Assembly (NCBI GenBank): GCA_030141605.1
Contig: JAQGDQ010000020.1
Location: 1,054,001 to 1,118,000 of the forward strand
DNA: 64,000 nucleotides
Reading direction: 5' to 3'
Source: Tubiluchus corallicola
Taxonomy: Eukaryota; Animalia; Priapulida
Positions 24,401-35,837 of the stretch are shown here, in pieces. A model generated the notes under the pieces. It did not search any database. It was given only the letters and a program-made list of their open reading frames with translations, and was not told the origin of the DNA. The translations under genes and the position numbers were made by a program. Numbering within the stretch: the stretch's first letter is position 1; each line of letters begins with the position of its first letter.

Positions 24401-27400
24401 AGACATGCGTCAACAAAAACTCGAAAGTGCTTTTATTATCCATGTCAGAGAGACTATCCACAACTTTGATTTTAATAGAAGAAAAATTTTATATCCAACT
24501 AGAAGCATCACTTATGGCACGTTCAAACTAGAAACTTTTCTCGCCAAGTAACTGTCAGAAAGCTTGCAATAACTTGGCAACAGTAACTCGCAAAACAGTT
24601 CACACTTGTGTGTTTGCTGTCAGAGAGAAAACTCGCAACAGAGAGCTCGCTAGTCTGAAAACATCGTAGGTACATCTTTGATGGCTTCTTTGATGATCAA
24701 ACCTTACCACTTTATTAGTTTTGCCCAAAGCCTCATAAAAATGCGAGTATGGTCTTGACCGCTGACCCTTCCCTATGTAAAATATAGCCGCTAGGAAAGT
24801 GCGGAATGACTCCTCTTCACCCAATGCTTGACTGCGAACTGGTAAATTGTCAGTTACTCGGGGATCTAAAACAACAAAATGATTCTCAAAATATTGAAAA
24901 TGGTAAAGAAAATGACAATAGAGTCCACAGCAGTTAACAAATATGATGCACCACAATTAATGCTGTACCATTATGAACCAATAAAGACAGAGACAATGAC
25001 AATAAAAAAAACAATGCAGCACGATACATGACAATAACAATAGAAACAATTACAACTAATGAGATAAAAATGTGGCAAAAATAATGAAAATAAAGACAGA
25101 GAATGATGACGTAATGACAATTAAGTAACAATGCAGCTAACAAAAGAAAATGATGATAATTAAAAAAGTAACAATGCAGCTAACAAAAGAAAATGATGAT
25201 AATTAAAAAAGTAACAATGCAGCAAAATTTATGATAATGACAAGAGAAACAATTACAGTAAAACAAATAAGAAAGCAGCAAAAATAATGAAAATGACGGC
25301 AGAGACAGTTACACATATAACAATGCAGTTATACTGATGATAATGATGACAGAGCTAACCAAAAAAACAAGCAATGTAAGGAAAACAAAGATGATATTGA
25401 AACTACTGACTTACTTAGTTTCAGAAACATTTATATCAAGCTTCTGGCATTGTTGGGTAATCTCTGTGTAACTGTACATATGAAAATGACAGACATAAAT
25501 GAAAGCAAATTGTTTATGCAAAAAAATAAGCTGTTTAAAGTATCATTTTAACTTATGAACTATTGCACTCAGTACAAGAGCAGGGCCTGCCTTCGCAAAA
25601 AGTCATACGACTTTGACCTTGACCTTGTAAGCCAAAAAGCAAGCTTAGTGATTACAGCTCCACACACTGACTTACCAAGAAGTAGGTAGTTAAATGATGA
25701 CTTCAAGTTCCCTTCTCTCCACTTTCTCATGGGATCGGGCGTGTCAAAGGCGTGGCACATGGCCTTTTCCTCAGCAGCCATTTTAATTTGGTCCAGTTTA
25801 CCCTGGATGACTAGATTCAGTTCTTTGCAATATTCATCTAAAATGCAACAACGCTTATGTATGTACATAAAAAAGCACATAAAAGTAAAAAATAAATAAA
25901 AACAAGAAACAAAACCTGGATTTAAACCAGATGCTTTGAAATACGAAGCCAATTTTACTACACAGAAACTTTTCACATCTCTCCGTGAAGTCCAACTTCG
26001 ATATTTAATACGTAAACAACGGTATAATAAACTTGAAAATTTTCAAAAACAATAACAACAAATTTCATTATTTATTAGGCTTCTGCTAAAAAAATTGTCT
26101 TAAACTTATAATTTTGCTAAAAACAAGACCTTAATCAAAGGATTTTTGTTTTAAAGTTGCTAACCATTGTCAAAGTTGCAGCTAAGAATGAAAATAAATT
26201 CATTAACTGTTAAAAAAGTTTCGATTTCAATTATTAGCTATGCCACAGGAATGCCAACTTACGAAGCTACACTGATGCCTAAACATTAGGGTTAATATTC
26301 ACCTGTGTCACCTCGCCGTGGCAACCCTGGATGTTTCATGAGTCGAGCAAGTCGTCGCAAGTACACGGAGCGCGTAGCATCTGTGACCGGACCAGGTTGG
26401 TCATCCTTACATCGCAGCTCATTACGCAAACGAGAATTACTCATCGCTTCGATAAACGATGGTATAGAGCATCTAGACGTATCGCTAGCATTCGACGACA
26501 CAGCTAACGAATTTTCAGATTTTTCTTCATCCTCAACGTCAATTGTCTGAATAATATGAGAACTGTATTAGTCTAAGCGTACACAAAATGACAAAATAAT
26601 GACCAAGAATTAAAAACTCAGTTCTCTTATGTTATCAAAATGATCTGCGGCACAAAGAGATGATGTTGTAAAGTTTATGCTATAGATCACAACTTTTGAA
26701 AAAATCCTAATGAAGATCTCATACAAGAATCACTCAACTTTATCATGACCCATACTCAAAATAAACAAAACATTTTAATAATAAACATAATAAATAATCG
26801 AAAGCCCGAAAATAGATTTTGGTCATAAATAGATGTATAATCGATAGTGTGTGAACATTCTGGGCATAGTTTCCACTTACCATTTGCTCCCTTTAACGAT
26901 CGTAATAGGCTGATTAATATAACTGTGGCTAGCTACATAATGAATCAAGTTTATAAGCAAAGGATAAATAGGATTATAAACAACAATGCACTAACATTCT
27001 ACATAGTATTTGATAGAAATTATTATTATTATTATTATTATTGTATTATCATTGTCACCATTGTAGTCAACATGGCCATTATCAGTGCAGCATTGGTTTT
27101 CACATAGATGCAGCTTCTCTGGTTCTTTGTGCTTTTCTTCTGTTTTCTCATTTTCATCCATCCCCCTCTTTCACTTTTTTCATTTCTTCTCAAAGAGCCC
27201 TTTAACTTATACTGCTGCACTCCCAAGTGAAAAGACTTTACTTTAATATAATAATTCTGCTGATGGCAGTTATATTGTGCTTGGTAACTAAAAGAGCGAA
27301 AAATGTTAAGCAGACATCATTCAGAATGTCTGCCACATTATTCATTATAGTCCTATTTGATTGTTATTTATAAGGTGGCTTCTGTGTGAAAATACACTAG

Positions 27401-30400
27401 CTATATAATATCTATCAGCCTACTGCTATCATTAGAAGAGCAAGGACAATGAGTTTCCAGAACAACTGCAGAAAGATTTTTCGTGATAGTAGGAGCAGAA
27501 CTGAAGGCATTTTATTGGTCGCGATGATGATACAGTAGAATCGCTTCTACTGTAAAAGGTGTTCTGCAGTCACAGGCTTATTATATACTTTTTTACAGTC
27601 AGTGTACAAAATTTCTGTACGATTTCGAGCTAGGTAGCACCAACACGTCTATTTTAATTGGTAATTGCATGTTTTGTCGCATCTCGTGATTAAATCTCTT
27701 AAATTCTTTAAAAATTTGTCAGATGAGTCAGGTATTGTAGCGAATGTACCAGTCATGATCTTGACTATAAATGTAGTTACGCCAATTAAGGATCAGAATT
27801 CCTTTCCGTTTCACTGCAGCGGAAACTCTCTAATAATAGTAGATAAATACCATGTAGGACGTTCGTGCATTATTGATCATAATCCGATTTTAAGAGCAAA
27901 ATTTTTTACGGGCTTTAACTAGTATTAATATCATTATTATTACCTATTACATTCTACTGGTATGTCTATATGCCTATACGGATTGATAAATACAGCAATC
28001 AATCAAATTAGTAAATTTGCAAACGAACAAAAAATTAAAACAAAGAGCAAAAAAAATAATTAAATAAACAAGTAATAACTATAAACAAATAAACGCATAC
28101 ATACTGAGTAAGCTTTCCAGTCATAGATAACGGTAGAGTCTGGAACAAGAACTGATGAACTTGCAGAAATGTTCGCTAGATGGCACTTCAGTTCCTGCAA
28201 TGTGTCATCCTGGCTGACCAAACTTGCGTTATAACTAGGCGTAATACTACAATGGCAAGCATTCGCACATTTCCCGGGACAGCGTCGCTCTAACAGAGTT
28301 ACTCCCTCTTCCACATCTGTGTATAAATATTCTGTTACTGCACTACAGTCTAAATTACCAGAACACACTCTAGAGAGCATACCACTTGTACTACCAGAGT
28401 CACCGAATCTCCCGTCTGTATTCCTACTTATTGTGGATAGATCAGAAAGGTCTCTAGTAAAATTCTCTGGATATAAATCTTCCGTTAATACAGACTGTTG
28501 TTCATCAATGGCAGTATTTTTACCAGCTGAGTCTGCATCATCTTTTTTTGCCAACTGCCAAAATTTGCTTTTATTACCAAGTAAGGAATTGCGAGTTACG
28601 TCTTTATTAGCAAACGTTCGATTTCTAGTACTAAACTGATATCCGTCTGTTCTCGAAGGAGTGTCGGTCCACTTCAAAGTGGAATCTTCACCGGAGTTCG
28701 AGCGATTAACAAAAACTCGCGTTTTCCTCCCGCTAAAATCTTCCCTGCTCTCTTTATCATCTCTATCAGTAATAGTGAGATTTGCCAAGAGGCTAGAAAC
28801 GCTGAGATTCTCGCATGCCGTGTGAAAGCTTGCGGTCCGGTCGACGAGCTCCGACAGTGCTTGGGATCCGTTCTTATACCCGATCTCCACGTGGTCGGGT
28901 GACGTTACGTCAATATACTGATGGGTTGGATCCCATCCATCAAGAGCAAATTGAAGATCCGTTTCCGTTGAGCGAACTCTACTCATTCCATTTGGTGATG
29001 TAGAACTGACCTTGCATTTTGGTGACACAGTATTGTGGTAGTGTAAAGAAGCATTGCTCTGCTTTGTGTGGGACACTGGTAATGATTCACTAGATGTTAA
29101 CTTCTCGGTAATAATGCGCTGGTCGGGGGCAACGTACAAATGACAGGCTATTTGATTGCTTGATGAATCACCTAAACTGCATGGCTGTGAGCTAGCATAT
29201 TCTCGTGGACTTAGGCTGGGGAAGAATCGCGTTATTGGTTCTGAACGTCCTAAAAAATAAAATGAACATACATTAGAGATAAAATACATCATCGAATTTT
29301 TTTTTTCAAACAGCTTGCAGAATTGAAACAAGTCCATGGTAACTTCTAAAACTTAATTTACAAAACAATGTCTGTGTTTGAGGCTTATATCCTAAGAGAG
29401 TAATAAATTGGTGATTATCAGGCATAGCTAATTTGACTGCCAGAAAGCTTTACCTTTTCTTAATAGCAAATAATGCTCTTTATATATCCTACCCAAATTT
29501 AAATGTTAAACGCTTGAACGAGGATATAAAATTATACAGTAAGTCCTCGCTTAAAGACACAAATGTGTTTCAGCAAAATGCCATTAAATGAAACCAATGC
29601 TTCCAGAGAAAGTAATGCAAAAGAAGTAAAATACGTTCGAGAGACAAAACTCAATGCTCCTCAATTCATATAAACTAAACGTTTTATGAGTTTTATTCTC
29701 ATTTCTACTGATTAATTTCTTTCTGTTAGCTTCATATCTTTCTATCTACATATCTTTCTTACCAATTGCCTAGTGGGTTTTCTTTATTAGCTTTAAGCCT
29801 TAGCTACGCAGTTTGTGGCTGAATACTGAATAGTAAAAGCCCCGGGGTAGCCTTGAGAAAATGCCGTCTATATACAGCAGGCTGCAGGCAAAATTCCGTC
29901 ACAATGTTTACATCCAGATGAATGGAGGAATATAAATCGCAAATAAACCTCGCATTACACAAACAGCTAACACTTAGTAGTCAGTCGGAAAGCAAAAATA
30001 TAATAATAATTGTACTGTTTTATGTTACTAGTGCATTTTCGGAACAGAATAATATAATATGTACTGTTTTAATGTTTCAAATTAGGTAGAAATGTTGTTG
30101 ATAAAATAAAAAACAGCTCTGAACGAAGTAAAAAAATCAACATTTAATGAAGCATGCGTCGTTAAGTGAGAAAAAAGTGTCAAATGTTCAGTGTCAGTAA
30201 AACGGGGAAACGTTAAACAAGGACTTAATGTATGTGAGAATTGCCTAGACGTACCACAGCTGAATTTAAACTTACTGAGTTTAAGTGTATAAGATGGCTT
30301 TGCCTCTTCAAGCTCTGGAAGTGCCAAAAGCTGCTGATGTTGCTGCAGCTGAGCGATGCAAAGACGGTCACCATTCTCCTAGAATCAAAAAAAATTATTA

Positions 30401-33091
30401 TATTCTACGTTTATCTTGTGTCCTGTAAGAAAGTAGATAAGAAAAAAGTAAACGAGAACGAACTGACGAAAATGAATGATGGAGAGCCTCTATTGCTACA
30501 AAAATGAAGACTAAGTGTTAACAAATATGCAACAATAAATGGTATTTTCTTACCTCGTTTATGTTAAACAAAGGCCCTTTATATGTTACTAGAAAGGTAA
30601 AATGTATGTTGCTCTAAATTTTGAAGTATAGCATCGTGTTTAGAAATGACTTTTGGGAGGACGCTATGTATAGCTAAATATAACATTAACTTTCTCACAT
30701 TTTGTGAAAGGCTAGCAATCTTTCTCCGCGCAAGCATGACAACATTCAAATCTACAACTGTGTCGCAAAAATATTATATATACTAAATATATACTAAAAG
30801 TAGCTATATATCACCAAAACTAGACTTAGCCACAGTCAAATTATTCTTAATTTATTAGGCACATAAATCTGCTAAACTTGTCTAAGTTAGAATCCTGAAT
30901 CATCAAAGCACCTCAGTAATAACATATAACAATAACAGGCCTTGTTCAGTTTATGCAATTATGCAGTATTATTTATTTATTTACACAAACAACATAAATG
31001 AAATGTAAAAAATTGTGAGATTATCCAACTACCTTGGCCAAGTCCATTGCATCTGCATTATCCTCATCCTTGATATACGGATCTGCTCCATTACTGAGAA
31101 GCAAGCCCATCACCTCCTCTTTCCCCCAAGAAGCACTCACGTGGAGAGGAGTCATACCTTCACAAGACCTAGAGAACAATAAAAGACCAAAAACTTAGTG
31201 AAATGTTATAACCATGAACCAACAAGAAAAAGCAAACACTTAAAATATATTTGCGTAGCATAATATACATCAAAGTAAAATAGCGAGGTACAATTAATTC
31301 TTTAAAGTTAAGTAAAAGAAACTATACCTAACATTGGGATCAGCCCCATGCTGCAGCATCAGTTTAACAAAGTCAATGGCATTTTCATTATCAAGGCCTA
31401 CCGCCAGGTGAAAGGGAGTGGCTCCCTCGGGTAACACGTAGTTCGGATTCGCCTCGTTTTCCAAAACCCATCTGGTGGCACTGTTAGAAAATGCACAGGC
31501 TGGTTATTACTTAATTCACTCACAAATTTTCCACAAATTGGTGAAAAGTTTCAGCAGATAAATTTTTATGTAGTGCTCAAATAGATAGCATTAATGGGAC
31601 AATACACTAAAACAAGTTGTTACATCTCAAAATAAAATGACGATTGAGTGAATGGGTGAACTGCTTCGATTCCCACACTAGCCGGTTTCATTCGCCATGC
31701 TGATTAGGGCTGTTTCCCTCGTACACAGATGATATATACACATCTGAATGTGGCTAAGATATCTCTGTTAGTTGAGTGGCTCATCTTAGAGGGTTAGCCT
31801 TGATAACGAGTCAGGTCGCTGTCTGGCCATATCTATTAAATATAATTACGACATGCGATTGAATGACTAGGTCCTGAATTGCATAAAAAAATAAAAATTG
31901 TAATGTAGAGAAGTAAGAATGATGGACGTAATTTTGCGGCATTTGTTACTGTCTATAATTTTCGTACTCGCAATATCATTTACGCACAAAGGTTTTATTT
32001 AAGCAAGGATGCCATAGATGTTAAGACCAAAAATCGTTTTAAAGAAAAAACAGACAAATCTCTTCATCATCTCAGATACGCAAACATGTAACACTAGTGA
32101 GTTGAAATTTTTATCTTTAAGTGATATTACGTGAGGGCAAAATAAAGTTTAGACCATAAGAACAACACGAAGACAAAGGTATCAAGTACAAAAAACATTC
32201 CTGTAAATTATCCAATGTCTAGTATGATACAAAATCTAATATCTAAAAAATGTAAAATGTTATATAATGCAATGTATGTTATGTAACGTCATGAATGTAC
32301 AACCCAATACCACATCCATACGGTCACTTGTTAGCCAATATTGCCTGCTGACCACACATAAACTAAAATCTTGGTGACACTGCTTCGGCACTGTAGGAAT
32401 AATTCTAGTGTGTTGTCAAGGACAAAGTACCTCTTAAATGTATCTATCGAGATTGTGCACACTACATGACTTGGGAGATTATTCAACCTGTCTATCACAT
32501 TCAGGCTGAAAAACTGCAAATCTCATGTTGCATTCTTATGTCATTCTCATGTCAATCCAATTTCTTACTCTCATTTTCATATTAGTTTTTATTACATCTT
32601 TATGTCCTTTCACTTTTCAAATTTATCTCCCTCCCATAAATCAATTTCTATTCTTGTACCTACATTTTCCTTTTCTGTTTCACATATTAGGCCTGGCCTA
32701 TACAGTTTTCTTTTTTAACAGCCCCAATAATTTATTAATCAACTTTATTATTAACATGCTTGTTTTCCTTTTCTTTTTAGTTCTTTAATTTTTACACCAT
32801 ATTTATGTATTATTTTGTTATTGCAAATAAAATAAGCTAAACCAAAAAAAAACTAAAAATAATTTAAGGTGAAATATTGAGTAACTTATATGTGTATATA
32901 TTTAGGCCATAGTTTGAGTTGCACTGGATGCTTTTGCGAAAAGACAAATACAACAGACGACGCGCTCTGAGAAACACTAACAGAAAGTTAAAGTAACATT
33001 CCTACTCGATATCTTCAGCTTTTACGCTATCCCATAGCAACTTGGCTTTGAATTCCGCTCTTTCCATTATTCCATCTCTTGCCGTTTGCAT
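21309..33091 (-). CDS. ANKLE1: Ankyrin repeat and LEM domain-containing protein 1 (LEM-3-like GIY-YIG endonuclease), 10 coding exons, ~820-828 aa
   Basis: Ankyrin repeats (GATPFHLAVG, GMTPLHVSASWG), LEM motif (LRNELRCKDDQPGPVTDATRSVYLRRL), GIY-YIG region (WREGNLKSSFNYLLLDPR..IFYIGKG..RPYSH..EAYTREACMIDALG..LTNQKRG..EGERQICPADI). All introns are GT-AG and phases are consistent. Confidence 0.96.
21870..22150. repeat. Unclassified dispersed repeat; second copy at ~27460-27745
   Basis: Shared AGTAGAA.GC.TTCTAC, TTCGAGCTA.GTAG, GTAATTGC.TGTTTT, AAATTCTT.AAAAATT.GTC..GAGTCAGG. Confidence 0.6.
22871..23003 (-). CDS. ANKLE1: ANKLE1 exon
   Basis: KDNAKVKHIVDIWNEGLGVVSLHCFQNVIPVEAYTREACMIDAL; CAGAAG tandem acceptor. 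Confidence 0.94.
23340..23930. mobile_element. Tigger/pogo-like MITE
   Basis: TA|CAGTGTTCCCTCGCTATTTCGCGG ... CCGCGATAAGTGAGGGAACACTG|TA. Confidence 0.85.
24270..24515 (+). mobile_element. Penelope-like retroelement GIY-YIG endonuclease remnant (frameshifted)
   Basis: NNPYNFEKCGVYKILCKTCDKV / YFRQTCRNLEVQITEHKEDMRQQKLESAFIIHVRETIHNFDFNRRKIL matches the PLE endonuclease pattern GVYxIxCxxCxxxYIGQTxRxLxxRxxEH..SA..H..H.FDF. Confidence 0.75.
24516..24665. mobile_element. Internally deleted copy of the 1392-1716 MITE
   Basis: CAGTAACTCGCAAAACAGTTCACAC and CTAGTCTGAA match the reverse complement of the first copy. Confidence 0.55.
24708..24865 (-). CDS. ANKLE1: ANKLE1 exon (GIY-YIG)
   Basis: PRVTDNLP..FRTFLAAIFYIGKGQRSRPYSHFYEALGKTNKV|gtaagg. 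Confidence 0.94.
24900..25360. repeat. Degenerate A-rich tandem repeat including an exact ~42-bp duplication
   Basis: Recurring ACAATGCAGC / AATGACAAT; duplicated AATGCAGCTAACAAAAGAAAATGATGATAATTAAAAAAGTAAC. Confidence 0.65.
25676..25837 (-). CDS. ANKLE1: ANKLE1 exon
   Basis: EYCKELNLVIQG..FDTPDPMRKWREGNLKSSFNYLLL. Confidence 0.94.
26303..26546 (-). CDS. ANKLE1: ANKLE1 exon (LEM domain)
   Basis: MSNSRLRNELRCKDDQPGPVTDATRSVYLRRLARL. Confidence 0.93.
28105..29249 (-). CDS. ANKLE1: ANKLE1 large low-complexity exon
   Basis: 1145-bp open exon inside ORF 28060-29337; contains EYLYTDVEEGVTLLERRCP and TVIYDW motifs; flanked by ag and gtatgt. Confidence 0.9.
29537..30230. mobile_element. Tigger-like MITE, full-length copy
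   Basis: TA|CAGTAAGTCCTCGCTTAA ... TTAAACAAGGACTTAATG|TA; homologous to 53918-54521. Confidence 0.75.
30276..30378 (-). CDS. ANKLE1: ANKLE1 exon
   Basis: ENGDRLCIAQLQQHQQLLALPELEEAKPSYTLKL; needed to bridge phase 0 to phase 1. Confidence 0.85.
31033..31168 (-). CDS. ANKLE1: ANKLE1 exon (ankyrin)
   Basis: SCEGMTPLHVSASWGKEEVMGLLLSNGADPYIKDEDNADAMDLAK. Confidence 0.94.
31328..31480 (-). CDS. ANKLE1: ANKLE1 exon (ankyrin)
   Basis: ATRWVLENEANPNYVLPEGATPFHLAVGLDNENAIDFVKLMLQHGADPNV. Confidence 0.93.
31640..31897 (+). mobile_element. SINE-like element, copy 4, with A-rich tail (boundaries approximate)
   Basis: GAATGGGTGAAC + TTCGATTCCC, core CTGTTAGTTGAGTGGCTCATCTTAGA at 31765-31790, A-rich end. 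Confidence 0.5.
32410..32530 (-). mobile_element. CR1/L2-type LINE 3'-end fragment
   Basis: QFFSLNVIDRLNNLPSHVVCTISIDTFKR resembles the CR1 ORF2 C-terminus FFSxRVxxxWNxLPxxVVxAxSxxxFK. Confidence 0.6.
33006..33091 (-). CDS. ANKLE1: ANKLE1 first coding exon; start at 33091 or in-frame 33067
   Basis: (MQTARDGI)MERAEFKAKLLWDSVKAEDI|gtagga; phase 2 matches the next exon. Confidence 0.78.
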
Positions 33092-33464
33092 CAAAACTAA
33101 AACGCGTTTAAACTTCCCACTTTTCCTTCACGGCAAAAAATCTTCTTCCATTCTAGCCGCTGGCGCCATCTCTTATTGATGATCTAATTTTTTAGAAATA
33201 ACACTAGAACACTGCGTCCACTGCTAACGTGACAAGTCACTTCAGGCCTTCAACACTATAGTAAGGGATATTGCACAGTATTACAGGCATTGCCGAATGT
33301 CGCGACACATGTTCACGACTTCACCTGCACATACACTCATACAAAAGTAACAAGACATACATTCCTTTGATTTCACAAGTGGTTTTATTTCCCCAACTAT
33401 GTGAACTAGAAAAGCATTTTCATTGTTGTTGTTATCGTCTTCATCATCATAATCACCATCAACA

Positions 33465-33552
33465 ACATTATCATTTTTATTATTATTATTACTATTATTA
33501 TTAAAGTTAGATTAATAATAATAATAATAATAGTAATAATAATAATAATAAT
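33465..33552. repeat. (TAT)n followed by (AAT)n microsatellites
   Basis: Directly visible; the two tracts are mutually complementary. Confidence 0.85.
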
Positions 33553-35746
33553 TTATATAGTTGTATATTGTTGTGGGAGCGAAATTCCATTTATTTTCGA
33601 CCCCCTCTACATTGTATTGGTTCAATCCATTACATAGCAGCTATAATAGATAGAATGGCTTCGTCAGTTCAGTTGGCAGACAGACAAATTCGTTTGCCAC
33701 CTAAGCACCTGCTACATAGTCATGATCAGCATGAGGAATCCAGAAAAGATTCTGACTAGTTTTCCTCTTAATTTTCTGTTTAAATTTTTATGTTTCTTCA
33801 TTATTTTCATATCTACAACATTTGTCTGCAACATGTTTGACTGATCCTGATTTGGACCCTCGACCTCTTGGCCGCCTCTGCAACACTGGTGTCAGAAGTG
33901 GAATCCATCTGCTATGGTTCATCTGCTGGAACCGATCCTGACACTTTAGTATCAAACATCACAGGACATTTCTATTTTATTTGGAGCTCAGCATGTTCTT
34001 GGTAACAATGCAGCAGGTATGCCAGCAACAGTGGTTATAGCACCTACTGTTCTGTGGCTCTGCAAGTTGCGCAGAGATACAGTTTACTTGTGAATTCATG
34101 AGGAATGGAATCCCACCAGCGAAGGTACAACATTTCTTCTGTAAATAGTCGTGTTGGTTTTATTTTTGAGGAGACTTGTGAATATAAAGAAACTATGTAA
34201 TTTGTTTTGGTTTAGTAGCACTTTCATGGACTACTATTTTAACTGGGCTGAGATGAGTTTTAATATAGTAGCTATATCGTTGCAAAGACATAGTCTCACT
34301 AAGAAATGGTTCAATAGACATTAATGAGAGTATAAGACAGAGGATGCTGTAACCAGCCCAATGAGCTATACACATGGAGTACCAACAAATGGGTAATCAA
34401 ATTACGACCTAAATATGGATACGAGCAGTACAAATGGAGTGCAAAGAGCTTTCCAACCAGCAGCCATCTTGGAAGTGGGACAAAGGACTCACACGCAGGA
34501 CTGAAATAGCCTTTATACAGCCAGAACAACTGCCTGAGTATCCTTGGAATATAGGGACGTTGCTAAACTGAACCTAGCCATGGACACCCTCTGGACATTT
34601 TCATTTTCTACACAACACTGGACCTTATGCTGAAGATGGATCGCATTTGTTGAGGCCTGAACCCGGCCCAGATGGAGCCAGCTCTCTGAGCCTTAACTCA
34701 TTTCAGTCATTTCTTTTCATTTAATTTCTTTTTGCAGCAAATTTTTAGAATTAAAATTTCATAAGCATTATGCTCCTAATTTATTTCATGGCAGAAACGT
34801 TTTATGTTGTACTGCTGTAAAATTTGCAAATTTATTTTTCAATAAAAACTTTATTTGATCTCCTGCATGCTTAATTCTGGTTCAAGGGCATCATCGGACT
34901 CAATGTAATAACCATCAAAAAATCTGCTGTAGCAGATAAATTTAATTGCGTACATATATGCCAATTTTTCTAATTTGACATTACAATAGTATCTTTATTA
35001 TAATACTTCTAGTAACTAGTTTTTTTGCAATGTTATGTAAATGTATTTGCTGTATTTTGTATTTGTTCTTGTGTTCTGACTTTGTGTTTTTTGCGATTGT
35101 ATTTTTTGCCATGTTAAGTAATTGTAATTGTGCAAGTAAATCTGAACTGAATTCAATTGAAATTGATGGGAGAAGAAATACGTTCTGCAAATTCATTAGA
35201 TTGCTTTAAAGCACCTTAAAACACATTTGTTTAGATTTTACTTTTTATGATGATTTATTTTTAACGTCTCTTAAATTTTATGTTTCTTATGAATTTTAAA
35301 ATTTAATGTATTCTATTATTCAGCGAGCTGAAATTTTAAATGATGTAGTGCACAACATATAAATAAATTTTACATTACATTAAAAGAAGAACCATATGAC
35401 TGCACGGCGGGAAGCTATACTGTGCACAAGTAAGCACAAGAAAGAAATAATTGTTAAAGGACCAGATTCTGTTAATGACTCCGGCGCTGACTGATGTACA
35501 ATGCTGCAGCAGTCTGCTATGAGCCCACCATGCGTCATACTCTTGCGCAGCTGTCCCACGTGTTTTTATAAGTTCGGCATTTTTCGTAGATGATGTCATG
35601 AATAAATTTAGAAAAATTTTATAACAATTATTTGCTTTTATTTAAAAAACATTGCAGTTGTTTTTGTCATTAACGCGCTTTAAACAAAATGAATAAAAAT
35701 GCAAAGATTTTGCGCATTTGTTGTAAAAAATACAAAAACCATAAAT

Positions 35747-35837
35747 ATGACGTCATCTTCGTGATAAAGATGGCAGACCGAAAGTACCTGTGATCACGTG
35801 ACCTATCTGCTTTTGTGAGCGCAGTTTCCAGGTAAAA
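35747..35837 (+). promoter_or_regulatory. Likely UBAP2L core promoter and non-coding first exon
   Basis: CRE palindrome ATGACGTCAT 35747-35756, YY1-like AAGATGGC 35767-35774, E-box TCACGTGA 35794-35801, donor CAG|GTAAAA at 35831/35832. Confidence 0.6.
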
